Below, piece by piece: positions 53,597-61,721 of a DNA stretch of 61,721 bases (position 1 is its first letter; each line of letters starts with the position of its first letter). Under the pieces are notes generated by a model, which saw only the letters and a list, made by a program, of their open reading frames with translations, searched no databases and had not been told where the DNA came from. The translations under genes were made by a program, and so were the position numbers. The stretch covers positions 1 through 61,721 of the forward strand of contig JAZDEW010000072.1 in NCBI GenBank assembly GCA_043808425.1. The letters run 5' to 3'. The DNA comes from Candidatus Omnitrophota bacterium (lineage in GTDB: Bacteria; Omnitrophota; Gorgyraeia; Gygaellales; Profunditerraquicolaceae).

Positions 53597-55519
53597 TTAT
53601 TTCTTACCGTCAGGATTCTCTTCTTTATACTCAGCATCAATAATATCCTCATCTTTCCCGCCGGAAGCAGTTCCGCCCGCGGCGGATTTATTTTCCGGCT
53701 CTTTAGCCTCATCCTGCTGGTTACCGGAAGCGGCTTGACTATCTTGCGACTCCTTCTGTTTAGCGCTGGCTGCCTGCTTATAAATCTCTTCCGCAAGCTT
53801 ATGCGAAACCTTGGTCAGCTCTTCCATACCTTTTTTTATCCTGTCAATATTCTTATCTTTAACCGCGCTCTTTAAATCATTGGATTTTGCCTCGATATCA
53901 GCACGTTCAGTCTGGCTAACCTTATCTCCATAATCCTTCATTGATTTTTCAGTAGAATAGATCAAATTATCCGCTTGATTGACAATTTCGATTTCTTCTC
54001 TTTTTTTAGCATCATCGGCCGCGAATTTTTCCGCATCCTTGACCATCTTATCAATCTCTTCCTTGGATAATTTCTTAGGAGCACTAATGCGAATAGACTG
54101 CTCTTTGCCAGTACCCAAATCCTTAGCGGAAACATGCACAATCCCATCACGGTCAATATCAAATTTTACTTCAATCTGCGGCACTCCGCGAGTAGCCGCG
54201 GGAATCCCGACTAAATCAAACTTTCCTAATTCCACATTATCATCAGCTAACGGCCGCTCACCTTGCAAAACCCGGATAGTAACCGCAGTCTGATTATCGG
54301 CAGCGGTGGAAAATATCTGGCTTTTTTGAGTAGGAATAGAAGCATTCCTTTCGATTAACTTCGTATTCACTCCGCCTAAAGTTTCAATACCCAAAGAAAG
54401 CGGAGTAACATCCAAAAGCAGCACATCCTTAACATCTCCGGTAATAATCGCCGCCTGAACTGCCGCCCCTAAAGCCACGCACTCCATCGGATCAACTCCG
54501 CGTTCAATTTTCTTTCCCACATAATCTTCGACAAATTTTTGCACAATCGGCATACGCGTAGGCCCGCCGACCATAATAATCCGATCAACCTCTTTGCTGG
54601 TTAGCTTAGCATCATTTAACGCCTGCTCCATAGGATGACGGCAACGATCAATAATCGGGCCGACTAAATCTTCTAATTTAGCCCGAGTAATCGTCATGGC
54701 TAAATGCTTAGGGCCAGTGGCATCAGCAGTAATAAAAGGTAAGTTGATATCCGTACTCACGGTAGAAGATAGCTCAATCTTTGCCTTTTCCGCCCCTTCG
54801 CGCACCCTCTGCACGGCCATCTTGTCAGCCATTAAGTCAATACCAGTTTCACGCTTAAATTGCCCGACAATATATTCTAACATGACCCGGTCCATGTCGG
54901 TTCCACCTAACTGTGTATCGCCGCTAGTTGCCTGCACATGGAATACCCCCTGGGCCATCTCCATAATCGTAACATCTAAAGTGCCCCCGCCTAAATCAAA
55001 AACCATAATTCTTTGCTCTTTATCCGCCTTCTCCAAACCGTAAGCAAGACAAGCAGCCGTAGGCTCATTGATAATACGTAAAACTTTTAAACCCGCGATT
55101 TCACCCGCGTCTTTGGTCGCCTGGCGTTGATTATCATTAAAATACGCCGGACAGGTAATTACCACATCCTCCACTTTATCTCCTAAATAAGCCTCCGCAT
55201 CCTGTTTTATTTTCTGCAAAATAAACGCGGAAATCTGCTGTGGAGTATATTCTTTGCCGTGAGCCTTAAATTTAAAATCCGTACCCATCTTGCGCTTAGC
55301 GGCTTGAATCGTGCCTTCGGCATTAATCGCTGCCTGACGCCTGGCCGGTTCACCCACCAAACGCTGGCCATCTTTAGTAAAAGCAACATACGAGGGAAAA
55401 GCTTTTCCCGAAGCAACCCCCGCCCCTTCGGCTGAAGGAATAATCACCGGCCTGCCGCCCTCCATAACCGCCGCCGCGGAGTTAGATGTACCTAAATCAA
55501 TACCAATTACTTTTGCCAT
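53597..55519 (-). CDS. dnaK: molecular chaperone DnaK (Hsp70)
   Basis: Contains [23 protein letters not shown] and VGGPTRMP. Full length is 640 aa. Confidence 0.97.
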   Translation of the reverse strand: MAKVIGIDLGTSNSAAAVMEGGRPVIIPSAEGAGVASGKAFPSYVAFTKDGQRLVGEPARRQAAINAEGTIQAAKRKMGTDFKFKAHGKEYTPQQISAFILQKIKQDAEAYLGDKVEDVVITCPAYFNDNQRQATKDAGEIAGLKVLRIINEPTAACLAYGLEKADKEQRIMVFDLGGGTLDVTIMEMAQGVFHVQATSGDTQLGGTDMDRVMLEYIVGQFKRETGIDLMADKMAVQRVREGAEKAKIELSSTVSTDINLPFITADATGPKHLAMTITRAKLEDLVGPIIDRCRHPMEQALNDAKLTSKEVDRIIMVGGPTRMPIVQKFVEDYVGKKIERGVDPMECVALGAAVQAAIITGDVKDVLLLDVTPLSLGIETLGGVNTKLIERNASIPTQKSQIFSTAADNQTAVTIRVLQGERPLADDNVELGKFDLVGIPAATRGVPQIEVKFDIDRDGIVHVSAKDLGTGKEQSIRISAPKKLSKEEIDKMVKDAEKFAADDAKKREEIEIVNQADNLIYSTEKSMKDYGDKVSQTERADIEAKSNDLKSAVKDKNIDRIKKGMEELTKVSHKLAEEIYKQAASAKQKESQDSQAASGNQQDEAKEPENKSAAGGTASGGKDEDIIDAEYKEENPDGKK

Positions 55520-55531
55520 TTTAATACCTCC

Positions 55532-55558
55532 GTTTTTCAGTTTTTCAGTTTTTCAGTT
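55532..55558. repeat. octamer tandem repeat GTTTTTCA x3.4 spanning the grpE stop codon
   Basis: Read directly. On the minus strand it is CTGAAAAA x3, sitting between the grpE C-terminus and the GGAGG ribosome-binding site of dnaK. Confidence 0.8.
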
Positions 55559-56117
55559 CGCTTTTCTTCGATACTTTTACCTTGGCGGTCCTAAGTACCC
55601 GCCCATGAATTAAATATCCTTTTTGCAATACCTCAATAATCGAATGCTCCGGCAACTCTTTGTTTTCCACTTGCATCAGGGCTTCATGAAAATTTGGGTC
55701 AAATATTTTTCCTTCCGCCTCAATAGGCTTGACGCCATGATCCTTAAGCATTTCGTATAAATGCGCCAAAATCATCTCTACCCCTTTTACAAAAGCAGAT
55801 AAATCTTCCTTGCCTGCTTGCGCCAAATCCACCGTACGCTCCAAATCATCCAGCACGTTAAGCAGGTCCAGAATAATGCCCTCATTGGCAAATTTTACAA
55901 AATCCTGCCTTTCCCGCTCCAGGCGCTTACGGGTATTTTCCAAGTCAGCCTGGTTCCGCAGCATCTTATCCCAGCCATCCTTACCCTTTTTAGCCTCTTC
56001 CAAAAGCCCCAAATATTCTGCTTCCTTTAAAGTAACCACCTTTTCTGCTTCCTTTTGGTTACCCTCATCTTCGGGTATATTTTTTTGATTGTTCTTATGC
56101 TCTTCCATATTCGCCAT
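55545..56117 (-). CDS. grpE: nucleotide exchange factor GrpE
   Basis: It has a coiled-coil N-terminus, [21 protein letters not shown] and [11 protein letters not shown]. Confidence 0.9.
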   Translation of the reverse strand: MANMEEHKNNQKNIPEDEGNQKEAEKVVTLKEAEYLGLLEEAKKGKDGWDKMLRNQADLENTRKRLERERQDFVKFANEGIILDLLNVLDDLERTVDLAQAGKEDLSAFVKGVEMILAHLYEMLKDHGVKPIEAEGKIFDPNFHEALMQVENKELPEHSIIEVLQKGYLIHGRVLRTAKVKVSKKSELKN

Positions 56118-56120
56118 TAT

Positions 56121-56855
56121 CTAAAAATCCTCCAAAACTTGATTCAAAACTTCAGAGATATACTCCATAGTCGGAATAATATGATCATATTCCATGCGCA
56201 TAGGCCCTAATACCGCCAGCCTGCCTGAGGGTTGATTTTTTAATTTAAATCCGGAAACAATTAAAGAACAGTTTTCCATTTCCGGAAAACCCAGCTCGCT
56301 TCCGATATAAACCTTTACCGTACCGGAAAAATCCCGGTTAATAATATCTAAAAGCTTACCTTTATCCTCCATCAACCTAACCAACAGGCGTATTTTATCC
56401 GCATCCTTAAACTCCGGCTGATCCAGTATACGGCTAATACCTTTATAGAATATTTTGTCCTGCCACTGTAAAAATGAAACAATACCCGCGTACTGAGTAA
56501 TTTCAGAGATAACCTCAGAAGTATTCTCCAAAGCATCATCAAGCCGGCGCATTTTTCTTTTGCAGTCATTAAGAATACGCTGCTTCTCTTCATCTAAGAG
56601 CTCCAACTGCTGAATAAGGAAATCTACATAATAGCGGTATCCCTTATCCGTAGGAATTCTTCCACCGGAGGTATACGGATGTTTTAAGTATCCGAACTCA
56701 TCAAGCTCAGTAAATATATTCCTGATCGTGGCCGAGCTTAAATCAAACTCCTGCGCGATATCATCTGAAGCCACCGGAAGCGCGTTCTTAATATAACGGT
56801 TGATCGCCGCATTCAAAACCAGATTTCTACGTGAAGGATAATCTACGGTACGCAC
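56121..56855 (-). CDS. hrcA: heat-inducible transcription repressor HrcA (short form, 244 aa, GTG start)
   Basis: It has a winged-helix N-terminus (SSATIRNIFTELDEFGYLKHPYTSGGRIPTDKGYRYYVD), sits first in hrcA-grpE-dnaK-dnaJ, and has a CIRCE element upstream. Confidence 0.8.
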   Translation of the reverse strand: MRTVDYPSRRNLVLNAAINRYIKNALPVASDDIAQEFDLSSATIRNIFTELDEFGYLKHPYTSGGRIPTDKGYRYYVDFLIQQLELLDEEKQRILNDCKRKMRRLDDALENTSEVISEITQYAGIVSFLQWQDKIFYKGISRILDQPEFKDADKIRLLVRLMEDKGKLLDIINRDFSGTVKVYIGSELGFPEMENCSLIVSGFKLKNQPSGRLAVLGPMRMEYDHIIPTMEYISEVLNQVLEDF

Positions 56856-56905
56856 TCTTTTATCTTTCGATTTAGGCTTCTGCCCGCATAAATGCCAAGG
56901 CGTAA

Positions 56906-56933
56906 TTTTAACACAATCTACTATTTTGTCAAC
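56906..56933 (-). promoter_or_regulatory. sigma-70-type promoter upstream of hrcA
   Basis: On the minus strand: TTGACA (56933-56928), a 16-nt spacer and TAAAAT (56911-56906). It lies about 50 nt upstream of the GTG at 56855. Confidence 0.45.
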
Positions 56934-56995
56934 CAGTTAGAAGCGCCACTAAAGCAATAGAGAGTATAGCACAGTTTCTAACGCGGTCAATAAAA

Positions 56996-57022
56996 TTAGC
57001 ACTTAAATCACCAGAGTGCTAA
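56996..57022. promoter_or_regulatory. CIRCE operator (HrcA binding site)
   Basis: TTAGCACTT-AAATCACCA-GAGTGCTAA compares with the consensus TTAGCACTC-N9-GAGTGCTAA. Confidence 0.9.
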
Positions 57023-57040
57023 TTTAACCTCAAAAAAATT

Positions 57041-58312
57041 TTATTCCCCCTTTCCTAAAATAATTTTTATATCCTTATCTTTCTGAATTTTGGCAAAAAG
57101 CTCCCGGGAAATATCTAAGCTAATATTTATGCCTTTCTGTAAATAATCAATTTTCTTTACCTTGGCTTGCCGATAGAAAAAATCAACCAGCTCCATACGG
57201 CTATGCGGAATTATAATTTCTAAGCTTAACATGAGATCAGAAAAATATTCAGTTATTTTGGCAATTAAAACATTAAGGTTCTCCCCGGTTTTAGCGGATA
57301 TAAAAATGGAATTAGGAAATTCTTTCCGGGAAATTTCCAGCCAGCTGCGATCGCTAACCAAATCAATTTTATTTAAGGCCACCAGAATAGGCTTATCCTG
57401 TGCACCTAGCTCCCCCAAAACGCTAAGCACAGCTTGATTGTGCCCTATTAAACGCTGGTCAGCAACATCCAAAACATGAATTAATAAATCCGCATCGACA
57501 ACCTCTTCCAGTGTCGCCTTAAAAGCTTTAATAAGATGATGCGGAAGCTCATGCAAAAATCCCACGGTATCTGAAATAATGATACTCTGTCCGTTAGGAA
57601 GCTGGAGCCCCTTAGCCAAAGGGTCTAAAGTAGTAAACAACTTTTCTGAAGTGATCTGGGTAGACGCGGTTAAAAGATTCAACAGCGTGGATTTTCCAGC
57701 GCTAGTATAACCGACCAAAGCCACCACTGGTAAATTATTGCCCTTTCTTTTTTTGCTCAAGGTTAAACGATGCCGGCGAAACATCTTTAAATCTTCTTGT
57801 AACTTATCGATTTTTTTCCTAATCTGGCGCCGATCCATCTCCAGCTTAGTTTCGCCTGGGCCACGGGTCCCGATACCACCTCCTAAACCTGAAAGCATTA
57901 TTCCTTTACCGGTCAGGCGCGGAAGCAAATACTGCAGCAAAGCTAACTCCACCTGCATCTTGCCTTCAGGGCTCCTCGCGCGCCGGGAAAATATATCCAA
58001 AATTAACTGTGTTCGATCAATTGTTTTTTTACCTAAAGCCCCTTCCAAATTGCGTTGCTGTGTGCCGCTTAAATCATGACTAAAAATTATGGTATCTACA
58101 CCCTCCTGATTAGCGATAAAACCGAGCTCTTCCACCTTACCTTTTCCAATAAGATAATTAGGAGTAGCCCGGTCACAAATACAAACTACATTTTCCACCA
58201 CCTCCACGCAAGCCGATACCGCCAACTCTTCTAATTCCGAAGAGATATCTTCAATGCGCCAGTGATGCTTATCTGTCTTTAATTGGATGCTTACTAATAA
58301 GGCTTTTTCCAT
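57041..58312 (-). CDS. hflX: GTPase HflX
   Basis: An HflX N-terminal domain precedes G-motifs: GYTSAGKSTLLN, DTVGF and NKID. Confidence 0.9.
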   Translation of the reverse strand: MEKALLVSIQLKTDKHHWRIEDISSELEELAVSACVEVVENVVCICDRATPNYLIGKGKVEELGFIANQEGVDTIIFSHDLSGTQQRNLEGALGKKTIDRTQLILDIFSRRARSPEGKMQVELALLQYLLPRLTGKGIMLSGLGGGIGTRGPGETKLEMDRRQIRKKIDKLQEDLKMFRRHRLTLSKKRKGNNLPVVALVGYTSAGKSTLLNLLTASTQITSEKLFTTLDPLAKGLQLPNGQSIIISDTVGFLHELPHHLIKAFKATLEEVVDADLLIHVLDVADQRLIGHNQAVLSVLGELGAQDKPILVALNKIDLVSDRSWLEISRKEFPNSIFISAKTGENLNVLIAKITEYFSDLMLSLEIIIPHSRMELVDFFYRQAKVKKIDYLQKGINISLDISRELFAKIQKDKDIKIILGKGE

Positions 58313-58336
58313 TGAATGAGACTGCTGTTAATTATT

Positions 58337-58366
58337 TTGTAGAGACGCAAAATTTTGCGTCTCTAC
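58337..58366. repeat. perfect 28-30 bp palindrome TGTAGAGACGCAAAATTTTGCGTCTCTACA
   Basis: Read directly. It lies in the 71-bp spacer between the miaA stop (58384) and the hflX start (58312). Confidence 0.85.
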
Positions 58367-58383
58367 AGTATGCTTAATTTTCT

Positions 58384-59337
58384 TTATGCAATAAATGACG
58401 CGGTTTTATCTCCGCGGATGTATAAAAATTTATAAATGCGTTTTGCAATTTCTCCCGGCGTTTCTTTCTCCTTAATATTAATCCATTTAATACGCTTATC
58501 TCTTCTAAACCAAGTCAGCTGCCGTTTAGCATAATGCCGGCTATTGCGCTGCATAAGGCGTTTAGCCTCAGCTAAGGAACACTGTCCGGCAAGATAGCTC
58601 TCTAACTCATTAAGGCCTATAGCACATTTAGCCGTCCGGCTTAATTTATGTTTAAGTAAACGTTTTACCTCACTAATTAAGCCCAGGCCAAGCATTTTAT
58701 CAACTCTTTGATCAATTGTATCATAAAGGGATTGTCTTTTTAAATTTAATCCAAAAATCTTTATCTCATATTCCTCCCCCAAACCAACCCTGTTTTTCTG
58801 TAACTGGGAAATAGGCAGACCTGTTTTTAAATACACCTCCAGGGCACGAATAATCCTTCTGGTATCATTAGGATGGATTTTTCCAGCCGCGGCGCTATCC
58901 ACCTTAACCAACCGGCGATGGAGGTATTTGCTCCCCCTGGATAAAAGCAGTTTTTCTAATTTAGCGCGAATTAATTTATTTCGCGGAACGGCCGGAAATA
59001 ATCCGTCAACAATAATAGAGTAATAAAGCCCAGTCCCTCCGACAAACAAGGGTATTTTATTTTTCCGGTATAGTTTATCACAAATCGATAAAGCCTCAAG
59101 GCGATATTTTGCCACATTATATTCTTGCTCCGGATCAATTATACTCAACAAATGATGCTTAACTTTTTTTCTCTCTGCTAAGGGTACCTTAGAAGTAAGA
59201 ATGTCCATCTTACGATATACTTGCATGGAATCACAGGAAATAATCTGAGCATCAATCTTCTTAGCTAAACTGATGGCTGCGGCGGATTTACCTATACCGG
59301 TAGGCCCCAAGAGAAAAACTATTTTTTTCTTTAGCAT
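58384..59337 (-). CDS. miaA: tRNA dimethylallyltransferase
   Basis: Contains a P-loop (GPTGIGKS), DSMQVYR and GGTGLY motifs. Confidence 0.9.
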   Translation of the reverse strand: MLKKKIVFLLGPTGIGKSAAAISLAKKIDAQIISCDSMQVYRKMDILTSKVPLAERKKVKHHLLSIIDPEQEYNVAKYRLEALSICDKLYRKNKIPLFVGGTGLYYSIIVDGLFPAVPRNKLIRAKLEKLLLSRGSKYLHRRLVKVDSAAAGKIHPNDTRRIIRALEVYLKTGLPISQLQKNRVGLGEEYEIKIFGLNLKRQSLYDTIDQRVDKMLGLGLISEVKRLLKHKLSRTAKCAIGLNELESYLAGQCSLAEAKRLMQRNSRHYAKRQLTWFRRDKRIKWINIKEKETPGEIAKRIYKFLYIRGDKTASFIA

Positions 59338-59343
59338 AAAATA

Positions 59344-60102
59344 CTACGGACAGATTTTGGTTTGAAAACCATCCTGGGAAAGCTTGCGCTCTAGATCCAG
59401 CGCTTCTTGTTGCACCTTAAATCTCCCTACTTTAACCCGATAACCCGAGCCAAAACTTTCTACGTAGGCAGGATAGTTTTTACTTAATAATATGTCTTTA
59501 AGTTTATCCGCGTTAGCGCTATTGGTAAAAAATCCTAGCTGCATGGAATATCCATCCGCGTCATTTGCGGGGATATTTATTGAAGCAATACCCTTAGTTG
59601 ACCTTAGCTCCGGACTCAAAGGAAAATCTTTCTTTAATTTAGACCAATACTCATTACCTTTCTGATGAAACCCCTTTTTAAACTCCAACTGACTTAAACG
59701 ATATAATACCGCCGATTTTTGGCGACTATTAGGATCCTCTGCCATTAACCGATCATAGATATCTTGTGCCTGTTGAAACTGGCCGGTAACTAAATAAGTA
59801 TCACCCAGCCCTAAGCGCGCCTCTTCTTTAAATTTACTACCCGGGTTATTCAGAATGCGCTGAAAACAACCCTGAGCCAAGCCTATTTTAGACTCTTTAA
59901 GATAGCTTAAACCTAAAATATAATTCAATTCATCCGCATTACGTAAATGCACCCGGTCAATCTGAGCCTGGCCTTCAAAAATAACACGCCGGTAGTTGCC
60001 TTCTAAAAAATCCGCCTTTAAAGAATCCATGTCTAACGCCCAACAAAAATTTGGTAAAATTAAAAAAAACCAGAATACCAAAATAAACTTAATTTTTTGC
60101 AT
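59344..60102 (-). CDS. secreted TPR-repeat protein with C-terminal SPOR (peptidoglycan-binding) domain
   Basis: A signal peptide (ILVFWFFLILPNFCWA) is followed by TPR-like helices and a C-terminal SPOR-like segment (YSMQLGFFTNSANADKLKDILLSKNYPAYVESFGSGYRVKVGRF). Confidence 0.65.
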   Translation of the reverse strand: MQKIKFILVFWFFLILPNFCWALDMDSLKADFLEGNYRRVIFEGQAQIDRVHLRNADELNYILGLSYLKESKIGLAQGCFQRILNNPGSKFKEEARLGLGDTYLVTGQFQQAQDIYDRLMAEDPNSRQKSAVLYRLSQLEFKKGFHQKGNEYWSKLKKDFPLSPELRSTKGIASINIPANDADGYSMQLGFFTNSANADKLKDILLSKNYPAYVESFGSGYRVKVGRFKVQQEALDLERKLSQDGFQTKICP

Positions 60103-61315
60103 CTGCTTGACTGCTCCTTAGCTCTTTAGAAATGCCTCTTTGCAAATCCAGAATCTTTTTATGCCGCTCTTCTATCTTTTTGAGCTTAAGCTGATCCATA
60201 ATTTTAGCCGCCTCGGTGCCTGGCCGGGATGAATATTTAAAGATATAAGCGGCATTAAACTTAATCTTTTTCACCAAAGCGCAGGTTTCCTCAAACTCTT
60301 CATCTGTCTCCGTAGGAAACCCCGCGATAATATCCGTAGTTAACAATCCTCCCTTAACAATTTTACGATAAGAATCAATTAAAGCCAAGTAATCTTTTAC
60401 TCCATAGCCACGATTCATTAACTTTAAAATCCTGTCTGAGCCTGACTGTAAAGGCAAATGCAGGCGCTTGACTAATTTATCCAAATCCCAAATTGCCCTG
60501 AAAGAATCTATGGTAACATCCTTGGGATGAGAAGTAAAAAAATCAAACTCCTTTAGCTCTTCCAGCGCGTTAACCTGTTCCAATAGTTTAGCGAAATCAA
60601 CCTGTTTATCCTGATAGGCATTAACATTCTGACCCAACAAAGTTACCTTGGTTATCCCCTGGGCCGTCGCTTCCCGAATTTCGGTTAATATATCTTTATG
60701 CTTACGGTGGCGTAAAGGGCCGCGCACATAAGGCACAACACAATAGGAACAAAAATTAGAACAACCTTCAGAGATCACGACATAAGCATGGTTTTTATCC
60801 TGATGGAAATTAGTATGATAAATTTCCTCGAAACGTAAATTTCCCTCTGTTTCCCAAATCTTACGTAAAAATAGAGACTGACTCCGGTTTCTAATAACTT
60901 TGCCCGAATAGGAACTGTCCGAATGAGGGCTGTCCACGTTTTTCGGGGACTGTCTCTCTATTTCCAATATCTTCCCTAGCACTTCCGGAATCTTCTCAAT
61001 ATCCTGCGGCCCCACCACAAAGCTAATATGGGAATCACGCTGAAATGCCTTTTCTTTATAATTCTGTGCCATACACCCTACCAGCCCAATAATCTTAGAA
61101 CCTTTATAGCTGCCAATCAAACTCCAGACCCTATCTTCAGCATGCTTACGCACTGAACAGGTATTAAAAATAATTACATCCGCATCCTGATCAGTAGCGC
61201 TAATCCTATAACCAGCCATCTGCAGCAACCCGCAAATCACCTCCGAATCCCTAACGTTCATTTGACACCCAAACGTCCGGAGGTATACTTTTTTTGTCAT
61301 AACTTCTTCTTTCAC
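60089..61315 (-). CDS. miaB: MiaB-like radical SAM methylthiotransferase lacking the C-terminal TRAM domain
   Basis: It has an MTTase N-domain (YLRTFGCQMN ... NTCSVR ... GCMAQ) and a radical SAM CxxxCxxC motif (GCSNFCSYCVVPYVRG). The protein ends about 25 aa after the YSSRPGT motif, so no TRAM domain is present. Confidence 0.8.
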   Translation of the reverse strand: MKEEVMTKKVYLRTFGCQMNVRDSEVICGLLQMAGYRISATDQDADVIIFNTCSVRKHAEDRVWSLIGSYKGSKIIGLVGCMAQNYKEKAFQRDSHISFVVGPQDIEKIPEVLGKILEIERQSPKNVDSPHSDSSYSGKVIRNRSQSLFLRKIWETEGNLRFEEIYHTNFHQDKNHAYVVISEGCSNFCSYCVVPYVRGPLRHRKHKDILTEIREATAQGITKVTLLGQNVNAYQDKQVDFAKLLEQVNALEELKEFDFFTSHPKDVTIDSFRAIWDLDKLVKRLHLPLQSGSDRILKLMNRGYGVKDYLALIDSYRKIVKGGLLTTDIIAGFPTETDEEFEETCALVKKIKFNAAYIFKYSSRPGTEAAKIMDQLKLKKIEERHKKILDLQRGISKELRSSQADAKN

Positions 61316-61465
61316 AAAATGTTATGTCGGTTTCTATACACTATCAAGGTGGTGTCAAAAACTGTAAAATCGAAAAATATTTTTAGCATAAAAAGAACCT
61401 ATCCCGTTGGAAATTAAAGTGTTGTAAATATTTATGCGCGTCTATCATAACATTCGGTTCTTTGC

Positions 61466-61721
61466 TTATTTTATAGAATTGCGCCATCTAATTATTTCTT
61501 CAATGTCAAAAACTGTAAAAACCGGATAGTACCTGTAATCACGCTTTGGTTTTATCCAACTTTTCTTTATCCAATAATATAAACTTTGTCTTGGTATATT
61601 AAGAATCTTTGCTGTTTGCGAGAGATTGTATATTTCTGATTTTCTTCTCTCGGCTCTTCGTATAATTTTCTTATCAGGTTCAGCTAATATTTTATTTACT
61701 TGCTCTTCTCGTTCCTTCTTT
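61466..61721 (-). CDS. MerR/excisionase-type HTH protein, partial (N-terminus outside the window)
   Basis: My own translation of the minus strand from 61720 reads KKEREEQVNKILAEPDKKIIRRAERRKSEIYNLSQTAKILNIPRQSLYYWIKKSWIKPKRDYRYYPVFTVFDIEEIIRWRNSIK, with a stop at 61468-61466. The pattern is HTH_17-like. Confidence 0.5.
   Translation of the reverse strand, partial: KKEREEQVNKILAEPDKKIIRRAERRKSEIYNLSQTAKILNIPRQSLYYWIKKSWIKPKRDYRYYPVFTVFDIEEIIRWRNSIK

Overview
AT-rich bacterial chromosomal segment; my hand counts of sampled lines give roughly 35-43% G+C. It is dominated by housekeeping operons. 56 of the 57 protein genes I call are on the minus strand; the exception is a 1085-aa gene at 14921-18178. 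LptD indicates a diderm, and the corrinoid genes suggest an anaerobe. The lineage cannot be named from sequence alone; the repeat content reminds me of uncultivated candidate phyla, which is inference only.

Gene content, in coordinate order:
- partial PilZ gene and tRNA-Met
- the corrinoid half of the Wood-Ljungdahl methyl branch (acsC, RACo, cooC, acsD, acsE), preceded by an orphan larB
- a bactofilin-HTH fusion plus a membrane-anchored HTH protein, then mgtC, tsaD, a YibQ-like gene, ctp and gatCAB
- plsY, pgsA, lepB, lepA, cmk
- an aromatic amino acid block (pheA, hisC, aroF, tyrA)
- scpB, ruvA, ruvC, yebC
- an oversized RNase P RNA, rnhA and a COG1579 zinc-ribbon gene
- a tRNA cluster: Ile2/Met-CAT, Val-CAC and a disrupted Val-like copy
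- a multi-PAS GGDEF/HD-GYP sensor
- cvpA, nif3, dnaG, rpoD
- ugd, uxs, lptD and a ROK kinase
- two tandem GGDEF genes, an orphan sugar-type ABC ATPase, accD, DUF1015 and fmdB
- the CIRCE-controlled hrcA-grpE-dnaK-dnaJ operon
- hflX, miaA, a TPR-SPOR protein, a TRAM-less miaB and a partial HTH gene

I see no CRISPR array, transposase, integrase or recognisable defence system.

The most interesting signals are non-coding:
1. A block of about 460 nt at 45730-46186 is about 52% G+C and has no credible ORF. It folds into a multi-helix junction and matches no RNA class I recognise.
2. Several families of short GC-rich palindromic hairpins are scattered through intergenic DNA and even sit inside RNA genes: three near-identical hairpins in rnpB, and a 67-nt triple-hairpin insertion in a tRNA-Val-like gene.
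3. A near-perfect 111-bp tandem duplication lies between larB and acsC.
4. Heptamer tandem arrays occur in three intergenic regions.

All coordinates for RNA and repeat features were derived by hand from the sequence and may be off by a few nucleotides.
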